Source of the DNA: an uncultured Gemmataceae bacterium
GTDB taxonomy: Bacteria > Planctomycetota > Planctomycetia > Gemmatales > Gemmataceae
Direction: 5' to 3'
Length of the DNA stretch: 64,000 bases
NCBI GenBank assembly: GCA_963750165.1
Contig: CAVVPN010000003.1
Location: forward strand, 2,496,001-2,560,000
Shown here: positions 19,078 through 31,743 of the stretch, in pieces
Position numbering within the stretch: the first letter of the stretch is position 1
Layout of the letters: each line of letters opens with the position of its first letter
The notes under the pieces: generated by a model
The model's input: only the letters and a program-made list of their open reading frames with translations
What the model was told of the DNA's origin: nothing
Database searches by the model: none
Made by a program: the position numbers and the translations under genes

Positions 19078-21540
19078 ATGCTTCCGCATCGTCTCCTGCT
19101 GTGCCTGATCGCCGGGACGCTGGCCGCCGGCCCCGTCAGCGCCCAACCCAAACGCATTGGCACCCCGACCAAGCTGACGCTGTCGCCCGCCGTCACCACG
19201 CTCCGCGGCGCCCGCGCCGTCGTGCAGCTGGTGCTGACCGCGACCCTCCCCGGCGACATCGAGCAGGACCTGACGCGCCAGGCGCAATGGAGCAGCAGTA
19301 ATCCGAAGGTCGCCACCGTGTCACAAGGCGGCTACGTCCGCGCCGCCGGCAACGGCACTGTCACCATCAGCGCCAATTACGCGCTCCGCAGGGTGCAGCG
19401 CACGCTCACGGTGACGGACGCCGATAGGCCGCAGACAGTCAGCTTCCGCGACGAGATCATCCCGGTGCTGAACCGCGCCGGCTGCAACCAGGGCGCCTGC
19501 CACGGCACGCCGAACGGCAAGGGCGGCTTCAAACTGAGCCTGCGCGGCTACGACATGCCGTTCGACTACGACGTGCTGACGTGCGCGGCCCTGGGCCGCC
19601 GTACCAACGTGCTCGAGCCCGACGCCAGTTTGGTACTGCAAAAGCCGTTGCTCCAGGTGCCGCACCAGGGCGGCCGCCGTCTGACCATCGGCACGCAGGA
19701 CCACGGGCTGCTGCGGCAGTGGATCGCCGAGGGCCTGCGCGACGACCCAGCAGACCGGGCGGTAATGCAGCGGCTGGAAGTCGTGCCGCCGCGGCGAATG
19801 GTGCGGTTGCTGAAAGACGGCGGCGCCGCCAACGCGCAGCAGCTGGCCGTGCTGGCGCACTTCAGCGACGGCAGCGTCCGTGACGTGACGCGGCTGACCG
19901 CGTTCAGCACCAGCAACGACGACATCGCGACGGTGACCGACACCGGCCTGGTGCAACCGGCGAAGCGCGGCGCGGTCGCGGTGCTGTGCCGCTTCCAGCA
20001 CAGCATCGCCAGCGCCCGCGTCATGTTCCTGCAGGACGTGCCCGGCTTCGTCTGGCCGAACCCGCCGGAAAACAACTACATCGACAGACACGTGTTCGCC
20101 CGGCTGAAGCTGATGCAAATCGCCCCGTCCGACCTGGCAACCGAGGCCGCGTTCCTGCGCCGCGCCTACCTCGACGCCCTCGGCATCCTGCCAACGCCGG
20201 CGGAGGTGCGCGGCTTCCTCAAGGATACTGACCCGCAGAAGCGCGCGAAACTGATCGACCGGCTGCTGGAGCGACCGGAGTTCGCGGACTTCTGGACGCT
20301 GAAATGGGCGGATGTGCTGCGGCTGAACGAGCGCTACATGGAGCCGGCGGCCCTGGACGGCTTCCACGCCTGGCTGCGCCAGCAGGTGGCGGCGGATCGG
20401 CCGCTGGACGAATTCGTCAAGGAACTGCTGGTGTCGAAGGGCGACAGCAAGAAGGTGGCACCGGCCAACTTCTACCGCCCCATGGCCAGTTCGGACGAGG
20501 CCGCCGAGTCGGTGTCGCAGCTGTTCCTGGGCGTACGCATCGGCTGCGCCAAATGCCACAACCATCCGTTCGAGAAGTGGACGCAGGAGGACTATTACGG
20601 CCTGTCGGCAGTGTTCGCGCAGCTGAACCTGAAGCTGGTGCAGCGGGCGCCGAGGGCGTTCACACTGCGGCTGGACATGGCCGGCAAGGTGGTGCATCCG
20701 CGCACCGGCGCCGTGATGGCGCCGCACGCGCCGGGCGGCGTGGCGCTGACCGCCGGGCCGGACGGCGACCGCCGCAAGCCGTTCGCGGTCTGGCTGACGC
20801 GGCCCGACAATCCATTCTTCGCGCGGACGCTGGCGAACCGCATCTGGTTCCACGTCATGGGCCGCGGTGTGGTCATGCCAGTGGACGACGCCCGCGACTC
20901 CAATCCGCCGGTGAACGACGAACTGTTGGAGGCGTTGACGCAGGACCTGGTCAAGCACGGCTTCCGCCTCAAGCCGCTGGTGCGGGCGATCATGAACTCG
21001 CGCACCTACCAGTTGAGCGCCCGGCCGAACGCCTTCAACAAGGCGGATGTGCTGTACTTCTCGCGGGCGGAGGTGCGGATGTTGACGGCGGAGCAGTTAC
21101 TGGATGCGCTGTCGTCGTTCACGGGCGTGCCGGAGCAGTTCGAGGGCCGGCCGGCCGGAACGCGGGCGACGCAGCTGATCGGCCTGCGCAGCGACAATCC
21201 GTTTCTGAAGACGTTCAACCGTCCGAACCGCATTTTGGCGTGCGAATGCGAACGCGAGAACAGCGCCAATCTCAGTCAGGCACTGCAGATGATTAGCAGC
21301 CGGCTGGTGCAGGACAAGCTGAGTAGCGACAAGGGCCGCATCGCGGCGCTGGTGAAGTCCGGCAAGAACAACGCGGAGATCATTGAGGAACTGTACCTGG
21401 CGGCGCTGTCACGGCCGCCGAGCGCCCGCGAGCGGCAGACGCTGCTGGCGGAAGCGGCGCAGGCGGCTGACCGGCGGGAGTTCTTTGAAGACCTGGGGTG
21501 GTCGCTGGTCAACTCGAAGGAGTTCCAGTTTCGGCATTAA
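19078..21540 (+). CDS. DUF1549/DUF1553 (PSCyt2/PSD1) domain protein with Ig-like (Big_2) domains
   Basis: Signal peptide; WSSSNPKVATV Ig motif; GCNQGACHG; FLRRAYLD; CAKCHNHPFEKW (CxxCH); NRIW; ACECER; SKEFQFRH. Confidence 0.92.
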   Translation: MLPHRLLLCLIAGTLAAGPVSAQPKRIGTPTKLTLSPAVTTLRGARAVVQLVLTATLPGDIEQDLTRQAQWSSSNPKVATVSQGGYVRAAGNGTVTISANYALRRVQRTLTVTDADRPQTVSFRDEIIPVLNRAGCNQGACHGTPNGKGGFKLSLRGYDMPFDYDVLTCAALGRRTNVLEPDASLVLQKPLLQVPHQGGRRLTIGTQDHGLLRQWIAEGLRDDPADRAVMQRLEVVPPRRMVRLLKDGGAANAQQLAVLAHFSDGSVRDVTRLTAFSTSNDDIATVTDTGLVQPAKRGAVAVLCRFQHSIASARVMFLQDVPGFVWPNPPENNYIDRHVFARLKLMQIAPSDLATEAAFLRRAYLDALGILPTPAEVRGFLKDTDPQKRAKLIDRLLERPEFADFWTLKWADVLRLNERYMEPAALDGFHAWLRQQVAADRPLDEFVKELLVSKGDSKKVAPANFYRPMASSDEAAESVSQLFLGVRIGCAKCHNHPFEKWTQEDYYGLSAVFAQLNLKLVQRAPRAFTLRLDMAGKVVHPRTGAVMAPHAPGGVALTAGPDGDRRKPFAVWLTRPDNPFFARTLANRIWFHVMGRGVVMPVDDARDSNPPVNDELLEALTQDLVKHGFRLKPLVRAIMNSRTYQLSARPNAFNKADVLYFSRAEVRMLTAEQLLDALSSFTGVPEQFEGRPAGTRATQLIGLRSDNPFLKTFNRPNRILACECERENSANLSQALQMISSRLVQDKLSSDKGRIAALVKSGKNNAEIIEELYLAALSRPPSARERQTLLAEAAQAADRREFFEDLGWSLVNSKEFQFRH

Positions 21541-21627
21541 GACGCGACTGCGTAAACAGCAAGCGGCAGTGGCGATTTCACACGAGTCGCGATTCCTTCA
21601 GCACAAGAGGAAGCGTTTGTGGTGCGG

Positions 21628-22437
21628 CTACGCCCACGGGTCGCCGCGCAGGTGCTCCAGTAACACCGGATGCAGCGCCCCGTTGCTCGCCAGGCAGTCC
21701 GGCGTGTACGGGTCGTACGCCGCGCCGCTCACGTCGGTGACGACGCCGCCCGCCTCGCGGACCAGCACCGCGCCGCCGGCCACGTCCCAGACATGGTTGT
21801 CGAACGCCCAGTAACCGTCGAACCGGCCCGCCGCCAGGTACGCCAGGTTCAGCGCTGTCGAACCCGTGCGCCGCAGCGACCGCGTGCGCAGCGAAAAATA
21901 CCGCCACCAATCCAGCGTCCGCTCCTGGCCGCGCACGTCCGGCGGGAAGCCGGTCGCCAGCAGGGCCTCGTCCAGCGACGTGGTCTTGCTCACCGCCAGC
22001 CGTTCGCGGTCCACCCAGGCGCCCATGCCCTGCGCCGCCGAAAACATCTCCTTGCGCACCGGATCGTAGACGACGCCGACCACCAGTTCGCCGGCCACCT
22101 GCAAGCCGATTGAGACGCAGTAGAGCGGACAGTCGTGGACGTAGTTGGTGGTGCCGTCCAGCGGATCGACGATCCACGTCGGCGGCGCGTCCGGGCCGGG
22201 CCGGGCGTGCGCCCTGTCCTCCTCGCCCAAACAGGCGTGGTCGGGGAAGCGGCCGCGCAGCTCCTCGAAGATGGCGGCCTGCGACTGGATGTCGGCCTCG
22301 GTCACCAGGTCGTGGCGGGCCTTTTCCTGGACGCGGAACTTCTTGCGATACTCCGCCAGCACCGCGGCGCCGCGGATGGCCGCGACCATGGCCACGTCCA
22401 CGTACTCGATCAGGCGGGTGCGCGGGTTCGGTTGCAC
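21628..22437 (-). CDS. suhB: Inositol monophosphatase family protein
   Basis: DLVTEAD, GEE, WIVDPLDGTTNY and WDVAGG motifs; GTG start after GGAGG. Confidence 0.9.
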   Translation of the reverse strand: MQPNPRTRLIEYVDVAMVAAIRGAAVLAEYRKKFRVQEKARHDLVTEADIQSQAAIFEELRGRFPDHACLGEEDRAHARPGPDAPPTWIVDPLDGTTNYVHDCPLYCVSIGLQVAGELVVGVVYDPVRKEMFSAAQGMGAWVDRERLAVSKTTSLDEALLATGFPPDVRGQERTLDWWRYFSLRTRSLRRTGSTALNLAYLAAGRFDGYWAFDNHVWDVAGGAVLVREAGGVVTDVSGAAYDPYTPDCLASNGALHPVLLEHLRGDPWA

Positions 22438-22451
22438 GGACACCTCCGCAA

Positions 22452-23435
22452 TCAAATGGGTTTCAGCCACCCCTGGCCCTCTTCGAGCACCAGCGTCCGC
22501 AGGGCCGCCAGCCAGGCCGGGTGGTCGTTCAGACACGGGCACACCCGCAGCTGCTCGCCGCCGGCGTGCGTGAACGCCTCGCGGGCCTCGAAGCCGATCT
22601 CGTCCACCGTCTCCAGGCAGTCCGCGGTGAAGCCCGGCATGGCCACGAACACGCGGCGCACGCCCTGGCCGGCCAGCCGTACCAGCGTCTCCTCGGTGTA
22701 CGGCTTCAGCCACGGTTCACGGCCGAAGCGCGACTGGAACGTCTGCGTCCAGCGGCCGCGCGGCCAGCCCAGGCGCTCGATCAGCCGGGCCGTCGTGCGC
22801 TTGACGTGCAGCGCGTAGGGGTCGCCGCGCTGCGCGTACGACATCGGGATGCCGTGAAAGCTGAGCAGGTAGTGCTGCGGCTGCCAGTCCAGTTTGGCCA
22901 GGTCGTCGCGGATGACCGCGGTCACGGCGTCGAGGTAGGCGGGGTGCTCGTAGTACGGCGGCACCACGCGCAGCGCCGGCACGCGCCGCTGGCGCATCAG
23001 CGTCTGGAACAGCGCGTCCAGCGCCGAGGCGGTCGTCGTCGCGGAGTATTGCGGGTACATCGGCAGCACCAGCAACCGTTCGACTCCCTGCCGGATCATC
23101 TCGGGGACGATCTGGGTGATGTTCGGGTTGCCGACCTGCATGGCGAAGCGCACGGGCACGTCGGGCAGCGCTTGCTGGAGCGAATCGGTCTGGCGGCGGG
23201 TCCAGTGCAACAGCGGCGAGCCGGTCTGGCTGTTCCAGATGCGCTGGTACTTGGCGGCGGAGGCCCGCGGCCGAAAGGGCATGACGAACAGGTTCAGGAT
23301 GAAGAACCACTTGAGACGCGGCACCTCAATGACGCGCGGATCGCTGAGGAACTGGCGGAGGTAGGGCCGCAGCGCCCGCGGAGTGGGCGCGTCCGGCGTG
23401 CCGAGCTGCACCAGGAGAACGCCGACATTCGACAT
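22452..23435 (-). CDS. hemH: Ferrochelatase
   Basis: VLLVQLGTP, FLSDPRV, GSPL, LPMYPQYS, SFHGIP, FQSRFG-EPWLKP and FTADCLET motifs. Confidence 0.95.
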   Translation of the reverse strand: MSNVGVLLVQLGTPDAPTPRALRPYLRQFLSDPRVIEVPRLKWFFILNLFVMPFRPRASAAKYQRIWNSQTGSPLLHWTRRQTDSLQQALPDVPVRFAMQVGNPNITQIVPEMIRQGVERLLVLPMYPQYSATTTASALDALFQTLMRQRRVPALRVVPPYYEHPAYLDAVTAVIRDDLAKLDWQPQHYLLSFHGIPMSYAQRGDPYALHVKRTTARLIERLGWPRGRWTQTFQSRFGREPWLKPYTEETLVRLAGQGVRRVFVAMPGFTADCLETVDEIGFEAREAFTHAGGEQLRVCPCLNDHPAWLAALRTLVLEEGQGWLKPI

Positions 23436-23443
23436 GGTTGATC

Positions 23444-23530
23444 GCAAATTGCAAATTGCAGATTGCAAATTGAAAGACAAACTGCCCGCTGGCTTTTCAA
23501 TCTGCAATTTGCAATCGGCAATTTGCAATT
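23444..23530. repeat. Inverted arrays of heptamer repeats (GCAAATT x4 / AATTTGC x4)
   Basis: gcaaatt gcaaatt gcagatt gcaaatt gaaag ... ttttc aatctgc aatttgc aatcggc aatttgc, between fdx and hemH. Confidence 0.85.
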
Positions 23531-23539
23531 CTTCCTGGG

Positions 23540-23851
23540 TTACTTCTTCTTGCACTCGGGCCCTTCCTTGGCGTCGCCCTTCTCGGTGATGTGGGCGTCG
23601 CCACCGACGGCCTTGAGGGCGGCGGCGCGTTCGGCGTTCAGCGGGGTGTAGTCCGTCCACTGAGCCGGGACGTTCGCTTCCGCGAAGATCGCCTCGACGG
23701 GGCACTCCGGCACACACGCCTCGCAGTCGATGCAGTCATTCGGGTCGATGTACAGCATCATGTCGTCCTGATAGAAGCACTCCACCGGACAGACGGCGAC
23801 GCAGTCGGTGTACTTGCAGTCGTAGCACGGTTGGCAAACAGTATGAGTCAT
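23540..23851 (-). CDS. fdxA: 7Fe ([3Fe-4S][4Fe-4S]) type ferredoxin
   Basis: [19 protein letters not shown] and [12 protein letters not shown], matching the Azotobacter FdI-type pattern. Confidence 0.93.
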   Translation of the reverse strand: MTHTVCQPCYDCKYTDCVAVCPVECFYQDDMMLYIDPNDCIDCEACVPECPVEAIFAEANVPAQWTDYTPLNAERAAALKAVGGDAHITEKGDAKEGPECKKK

Positions 23852-24034
23852 GGTCGCGAACTACTCCCGGCCCGAAACCCGAGCCGAACCTGAAGAATGG
23901 GAAAAGGCCCGACCACCCTGGGCGGGCCGCAACGCTCCAGGAAACAATCCTATCCCTAGCAACAAACAGAGGTATTGTCCAGAGGCGAGTTGCCGGCGCG
24001 GACGCTTTCCGCCATTCTGCCCCGGCGCCCCCTG

Positions 24035-24043
24035 TGGTAGAAT
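24035..24043 (+). promoter_or_regulatory. Putative extended -10 promoter (TGnTAGAAT)
   Basis: TG-G-TAGAAT in the divergent fdx/ECF intergenic region, ~220 nt upstream of the ECF ATG. Confidence 0.3.
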
Positions 24044-24265
24044 GAAGGGAGTGCCAGGGAGGGCTTTCATCTCGTTTCATTTCGCACACCCCCCCGCCGG
24101 GCCAGGGTGCCCGGAGATACCCTGCCCCCAACGGCCCGCGGCAGCGAAAAAGCTCGCCTGCGTCTGCTGGCATCACTCCCGATTGTAACCTATGTTCGTA
24201 ATGACGTTTTCCCGCCGCGCAACGGCGGCCGGTGCGCCCGCCTCGTATTTCGGAGAGATCCTGGT

Positions 24266-24866
24266 ATGGCCCCCGCCGCACTCGACACCCTGGCCGCCGA
24301 CACCGCGCAGCGCAGCGCTTCGGATCAGGAACTGCTGCACCGCTTTCGGGCCGGCGACCAGCAGGCCGCCACGGAGCTGTACCAGCGCTACGGCGAACGC
24401 CTTCGCGCCCTGGCCCGCACGCGCACGTCGCCGCTGCTGACTTCCCTGATCGACGCCGACGACATCGTGCAGTCCGTCTTTCGCCGCTTCTTCGAGAAGG
24501 TCAGCAGCGGCTGCTACGAGGTGCCCGCCGGCGAGGAATTGTGGAAGCTCTTCCTGGTGATCGCCCTGAACAAGATCCGCGACGCCGGCGCCTTCCACCA
24601 GGCTGCCCGCCGCGACGTGCGCCTGTGCCAGCACAGCGCCACCCTCGACCAGCAGCTGCCCGACCCCAGGCGCACCGAGACCGACTCGGCCCTGCATCTG
24701 GTAATCGACGAATTCATGGGCACGCTGCCGGAAGTCAGCCGTCACATGATGGAGATGCGCATCGCCGGCTACGAGGTCGCGGAGATCGCCGAAAAGACCG
24801 GCCGCTCGCGCCGCACCGTCGAACGGTTGCTGCAGGAGCTGCGCAAGAAACTGCGGGAGGTTCTTG

Positions 24867-24880
<14 letters not shown>
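24266..24880 (+). CDS. ECF-type RNA polymerase sigma factor
   Basis: SDQELLHRFRAGDQQAATELYQRY, DADDIVQSVF, GYEVAEIA...RRTVERLL; overlaps the kinase start. Confidence 0.9.
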
Positions 24881-28162
<3,282 letters not shown>

Positions 28163-28164
28163 GC

Positions 28165-28244
28165 TCCGAGCCGCGCACGCAGCGCAGCGGAGTAAGCGGC
28201 CGCACCAGAGCGCTTACTCCGCTGCGCTGCGTGCGCGGCTCGGA
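28165..28244. repeat. Perfect 34 bp inverted repeat (REP-like hairpin)
   Basis: TCCGAGCCGCGCACGCAGCGCAGCGGAGTAAGCG (28165-28198), 12 nt loop, exact reverse complement at 28211-28244. Confidence 0.9.
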
Positions 28245-28462
28245 CCAGTCCTCTAAGGAAAATTCAGGAGTCCCTAAGAATTTTTGGCGGACGGTCTGAA
28301 CCGTTGCCGTTCCTCCTGATGAGCCTGATTGTGGTCCGGGAAACCGCCAAACGCCCGGGGTGGCAGCACTCCGGGCGTCCTTCCTCTCCCCCCTCGGAAT
28401 GGATTCCGTCCGCCGAATTGGTCCCCCCACTGGGTTCCTCTAACCCGAAAGGACGACCCCGC

Positions 28463-30550
28463 ATGTCGCGTTGCCCCCGTCGCACCCGCCTCCACCTCGA
28501 ACACCTGGAAGACCGTTGCGTGCCCGCGGTCTTCGGCAATCCCTGGCCCGACCCGGGACATCTGACCATCAGCTTCGCGCCGGACGGCACGAACGTGAAC
28601 GGTTACAGTAGCAATCTGTTCCAGGACATGAACGCCACCTACGGCTCCGGCTGGCAGCTCGCCGTGCTGCGCGCGTTCCAGACCTGGGCGGACAACGCCA
28701 ACATCAACCTGAGTGTCGTGAGCGATGACGGCGAGCCGTTCGGCAGCCCTGGCCCGCTGCAGGGCAACCCCAACTACGGCGACATCCGCCTGGCTGGCCT
28801 GCCCCTCTCGACGAACGAGCTGGCGATCACGACGCCGTTCGACCTGTTCGACAGCCGCTCCGGCGACATCATCGTGAACACGCAGCAAGCCTTCAGCAAC
28901 GGCGGCGTCAACGGCGCCTATGACCTGTACACGGCCCTGCTGCAAGAGTCGGGGCACGCCTTCGGACTGAGTAACAGCACGGACCCGGCCTCCGTCATGT
29001 ACGAGAATTACATGAACCCCAGGACGGGGTTGAGCGCCGGCGACGTGCAGAACCTTCAGGCCCTGTACGGCGCCCGCACCCCCGACGCTTACGAGGGCCT
29101 GCTCGGCAACAACAGCTTTTTGACGGCGACGCCGCTCGCCCTGGCCACGACGCTCACGGGTCTGGTGAACGGCGTGCCGGCGGGCGGCATCCAGGCCGAT
29201 TTGACGACCGCGACGGACGTGGACTATTACCGGGTTCAGGCCAACGCCAGCGGCCTGGCGGTGCAGCTGCGGACCTCGGGCGTCAGCCTGCTGGAAGCGC
29301 AGGTGACGGTCTACAACGGTTTGCTGCAGCCGGTGGCGACGGCGAGCGCCAGCAGCCCGACGGCCGGCGACCTGCTCGTCAACGTGCCGAACGCCCGGTC
29401 GGGGGCCACCTACTACGTCAAGGTGTCGGCGGCGCAGCCGGGCGACGTGTTCGGCATCGGTGCCTACCAGATTGCGGCGGGCAGCAACGCGCACGCGGCC
29501 CTGTTCCCGCCGTTGACGAGCCTGCTGAACGTGGACAGCAACACCAACAACACGATGCTGACGGCCACGACGCTGATCCCGCAGGTGCTCCAGGAGAGCG
29601 CCCGCTGGGACGATGTCACCCGGGCCAGCATCAGCGACAGCACCGACGTGGATTATTATCGCATCGTCGCGCCGCTGAACACCCTGGTGAACGGCGTGAT
29701 CACGGCGACGCCGCGCGATCTGGTGGTGACGGTCGATGCGCTGCAGGCCGGCACCCTGGACCCGAACGTCACCGTGTACGGCCTGCTCGGCCAACCGATG
29801 CAGGCGGACGTGCTGGCCTACGACCACTCCAACTTCACGCTGCAAATCGCGAACGTGTCGCCGTTGCAGGTGTTCTACATCCGCGTCGCGGCGGCCAACC
29901 CGGGCGGGCCGCACAGCACGGGCAATTATTTCCTGGCCGCGGACTTCCGCGACTGGGTCATCACGATGGACACCTTCGCCACGGACACGCTGACCCAGGC
30001 ACAGCCCCAGACGGCGTACTCCCTGCAAAACCAGCGGAGCCAGCTGTTCCACTTTGTGCTGTCGGCGAACACCGGCACCTCGACGGTGGCGGCGGCGGTG
30101 CGGATGAGCATTTACGACGCGGCGGGGAACCTGGTGCAGTCCTTCATGGCCACGGCCGGGCAGACGACCAGCCTGGACGTGATGCTGGCGCCGGAGACTT
30201 ACACGGTGGTCTTCACGGCGGGGACGCAGGATCCGACGCAGACGTTGCCGCCGTTGACGTATCTGGTGCGTGTCATTGTCCGCAGCGACCCCATCGGCCC
30301 GAAGACGCAGGACACCACGGCGGCGCCGGCCGGCAGCACGAGCACCACCTCCACGTCGAGCGGCTCCACGGACCCCAGCGCCAGCAGCCCCGCCGCGAAC
30401 ACCGGCAGCAGCGCGACGGCTAACGGCACGGTCACGGACACGTCGGACTCGGGCAGCAACACTTACAGCGTCCAGAAGGTGCCGCCGCCAGCGGCCCCGC
30501 CGAAGGATCCCTACAGCGACCCCTCCAGCGATCCTTATTCGCCGTCGTGA
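28463..30550 (+). CDS. Matrixin (M10)-like exported protein with degenerate zinc motif, PPC-like domains and S/T/P-rich tail
   Basis: LEHLEDRCVPA export motif; LTISFAPDGT, RAFQTWA, GDIR, QESGHAFGLSNS, Met-turn SVMY, LQALYG; two TDVDYYR repeats. Confidence 0.85.
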   Translation: MSRCPRRTRLHLEHLEDRCVPAVFGNPWPDPGHLTISFAPDGTNVNGYSSNLFQDMNATYGSGWQLAVLRAFQTWADNANINLSVVSDDGEPFGSPGPLQGNPNYGDIRLAGLPLSTNELAITTPFDLFDSRSGDIIVNTQQAFSNGGVNGAYDLYTALLQESGHAFGLSNSTDPASVMYENYMNPRTGLSAGDVQNLQALYGARTPDAYEGLLGNNSFLTATPLALATTLTGLVNGVPAGGIQADLTTATDVDYYRVQANASGLAVQLRTSGVSLLEAQVTVYNGLLQPVATASASSPTAGDLLVNVPNARSGATYYVKVSAAQPGDVFGIGAYQIAAGSNAHAALFPPLTSLLNVDSNTNNTMLTATTLIPQVLQESARWDDVTRASISDSTDVDYYRIVAPLNTLVNGVITATPRDLVVTVDALQAGTLDPNVTVYGLLGQPMQADVLAYDHSNFTLQIANVSPLQVFYIRVAAANPGGPHSTGNYFLAADFRDWVITMDTFATDTLTQAQPQTAYSLQNQRSQLFHFVLSANTGTSTVAAAVRMSIYDAAGNLVQSFMATAGQTTSLDVMLAPETYTVVFTAGTQDPTQTLPPLTYLVRVIVRSDPIGPKTQDTTAAPAGSTSTTSTSSGSTDPSASSPAANTGSSATANGTVTDTSDSGSNTYSVQKVPPPAAPPKDPYSDPSSDPYSPS

Positions 30551-30557
30551 CGCTTGC

Positions 30558-30610
30558 TGTTCTGCGGCTTGCGGTGTAGCGGGGAGCGCTACGCCGCAAG
30601 CCGCAGAACA
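30558..30610. repeat. REP-like hairpin / possible bidirectional terminator
   Basis: TGTTCTGCGGCTTGCGGTGTAGCG-gggag-CGCTACGCCGCAAGCCGCAGAACA (24 bp stem, one G-U) between convergent genes. Confidence 0.85.
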
Positions 30611-30616
30611 CCGGCG

Positions 30617-31657
30617 TCAGCCCATGCGCAGCAACCGCCGCGCGTTCTCGTAATAGACCAGTTTCACCACCTCCGGCGGCAGCTCGACGCCGTGCAGCAG
30701 CGGCGACAGCGGTTGGCCGTTCTCGCCCTGCACGTCCGGGTCGGCGATGGGACTCTGGCCGCGCCAGTCGCTCTCCCACAGCGACCGCTGGCACCAGTAG
30801 CGGCTGACGTAGTGCTCGCGCGGCAGCCCGTGCCGCGTCACCAGATCCGAGCCAAACAGGAAGCGCTCCGGGAAGCGACACATCAGCGCTCGCACCGCCG
30901 CGCGCCGCGCCGACGCCTCGCGCACCACCCATTTGGTGGCGCTGGTGTCGAGGGACAGGTGCGGATAGCGCTCCAGCAGCGCCTGCAAGTGGTCGGGGTG
31001 TTCCACGTCGCCGCCCATGTGCGCCCCGATCCAGAGCATGTCCGGGAAATCCTGCAACATGCGCTCCAGGCCGACGTACTGCTCCGGCTTGGTGCCGAAC
31101 TTGGCGCTGTCCTGGTACACGGTGCGGAACCAGGTGTCCGGATCGCCGACGTGGACCATGATGATGCGGACGCCAGCGGCGCGGGCGCGGCGGGCGGCCT
31201 CGCGGCGCCAGGGCGTGTCCACCAGCAGCCCGCGGTCGCGACCACGCGGCGCCGCCCAGAACTTGATGATCTCCACGCCCAGTTGCAGAAAACGGTCGAG
31301 CTGCTGATACGCCTCCTCGTCCGGGGCGTCGGCGGCCTTCTTCATGATGGGGCCATTGAAGCCGAGCTGGTCGCCGAAGCGTTGCCGCAGCGGCTCGATG
31401 TCGTCCACCGGGCACATGGTATACGTCTTGACGATGCTGAACTCCGCCGCAACCTCGAGCATGACCGCGGCCTGCTCGATGCTGGAGTCGGGGCCGGGCG
31501 GCAGCGGCAAGGCGCCTTTGGGGTCGCCGGGCCGCGTCCGCATGACGTGGCTGTGGATGTCGATCAGCGGCCCGCGGTAGTGCAGGTGGCTGCGCTGGCC
31601 GTAGTCGATGCCGATGACGTTGTGCTCGGGCGGGGCGGCGGTTGTGCTGTCGGCCAT
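30617..31657 (-). CDS. Amidohydrolase family (TIM-barrel metal-dependent hydrolase) protein
   Basis: IDIHSH, IKFW, MVHVGD, IGAHMGG, LDTSA and FLFGSD motifs. Confidence 0.85.
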   Translation of the reverse strand: MADSTTAAPPEHNVIGIDYGQRSHLHYRGPLIDIHSHVMRTRPGDPKGALPLPPGPDSSIEQAAVMLEVAAEFSIVKTYTMCPVDDIEPLRQRFGDQLGFNGPIMKKAADAPDEEAYQQLDRFLQLGVEIIKFWAAPRGRDRGLLVDTPWRREAARRARAAGVRIIMVHVGDPDTWFRTVYQDSAKFGTKPEQYVGLERMLQDFPDMLWIGAHMGGDVEHPDHLQALLERYPHLSLDTSATKWVVREASARRAAVRALMCRFPERFLFGSDLVTRHGLPREHYVSRYWCQRSLWESDWRGQSPIADPDVQGENGQPLSPLLHGVELPPEVVKLVYYENARRLLRMG

Positions 31658-31689
31658 GAGGGGATACCATCGGGTTGGGGGACAATGCT

Positions 31690-31723
31690 TGCACCCCTCT
31701 CCCCTGCAGGGGAGAGGGGTGCA
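31690..31723. repeat. Perfect 34 bp palindrome
   Basis: TGCACCCCTCTCCCCTGCAGGGGAGAGGGGTGCA equals its own reverse complement; lies between divergent genes. Confidence 0.9.
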
Positions 31724-31743
31724 TGACACACGGCGGGCGACCG

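Noticed and set aside
23444..23530. CRISPR array
   Set aside because: 7 nt units without spacers and no cas genes.
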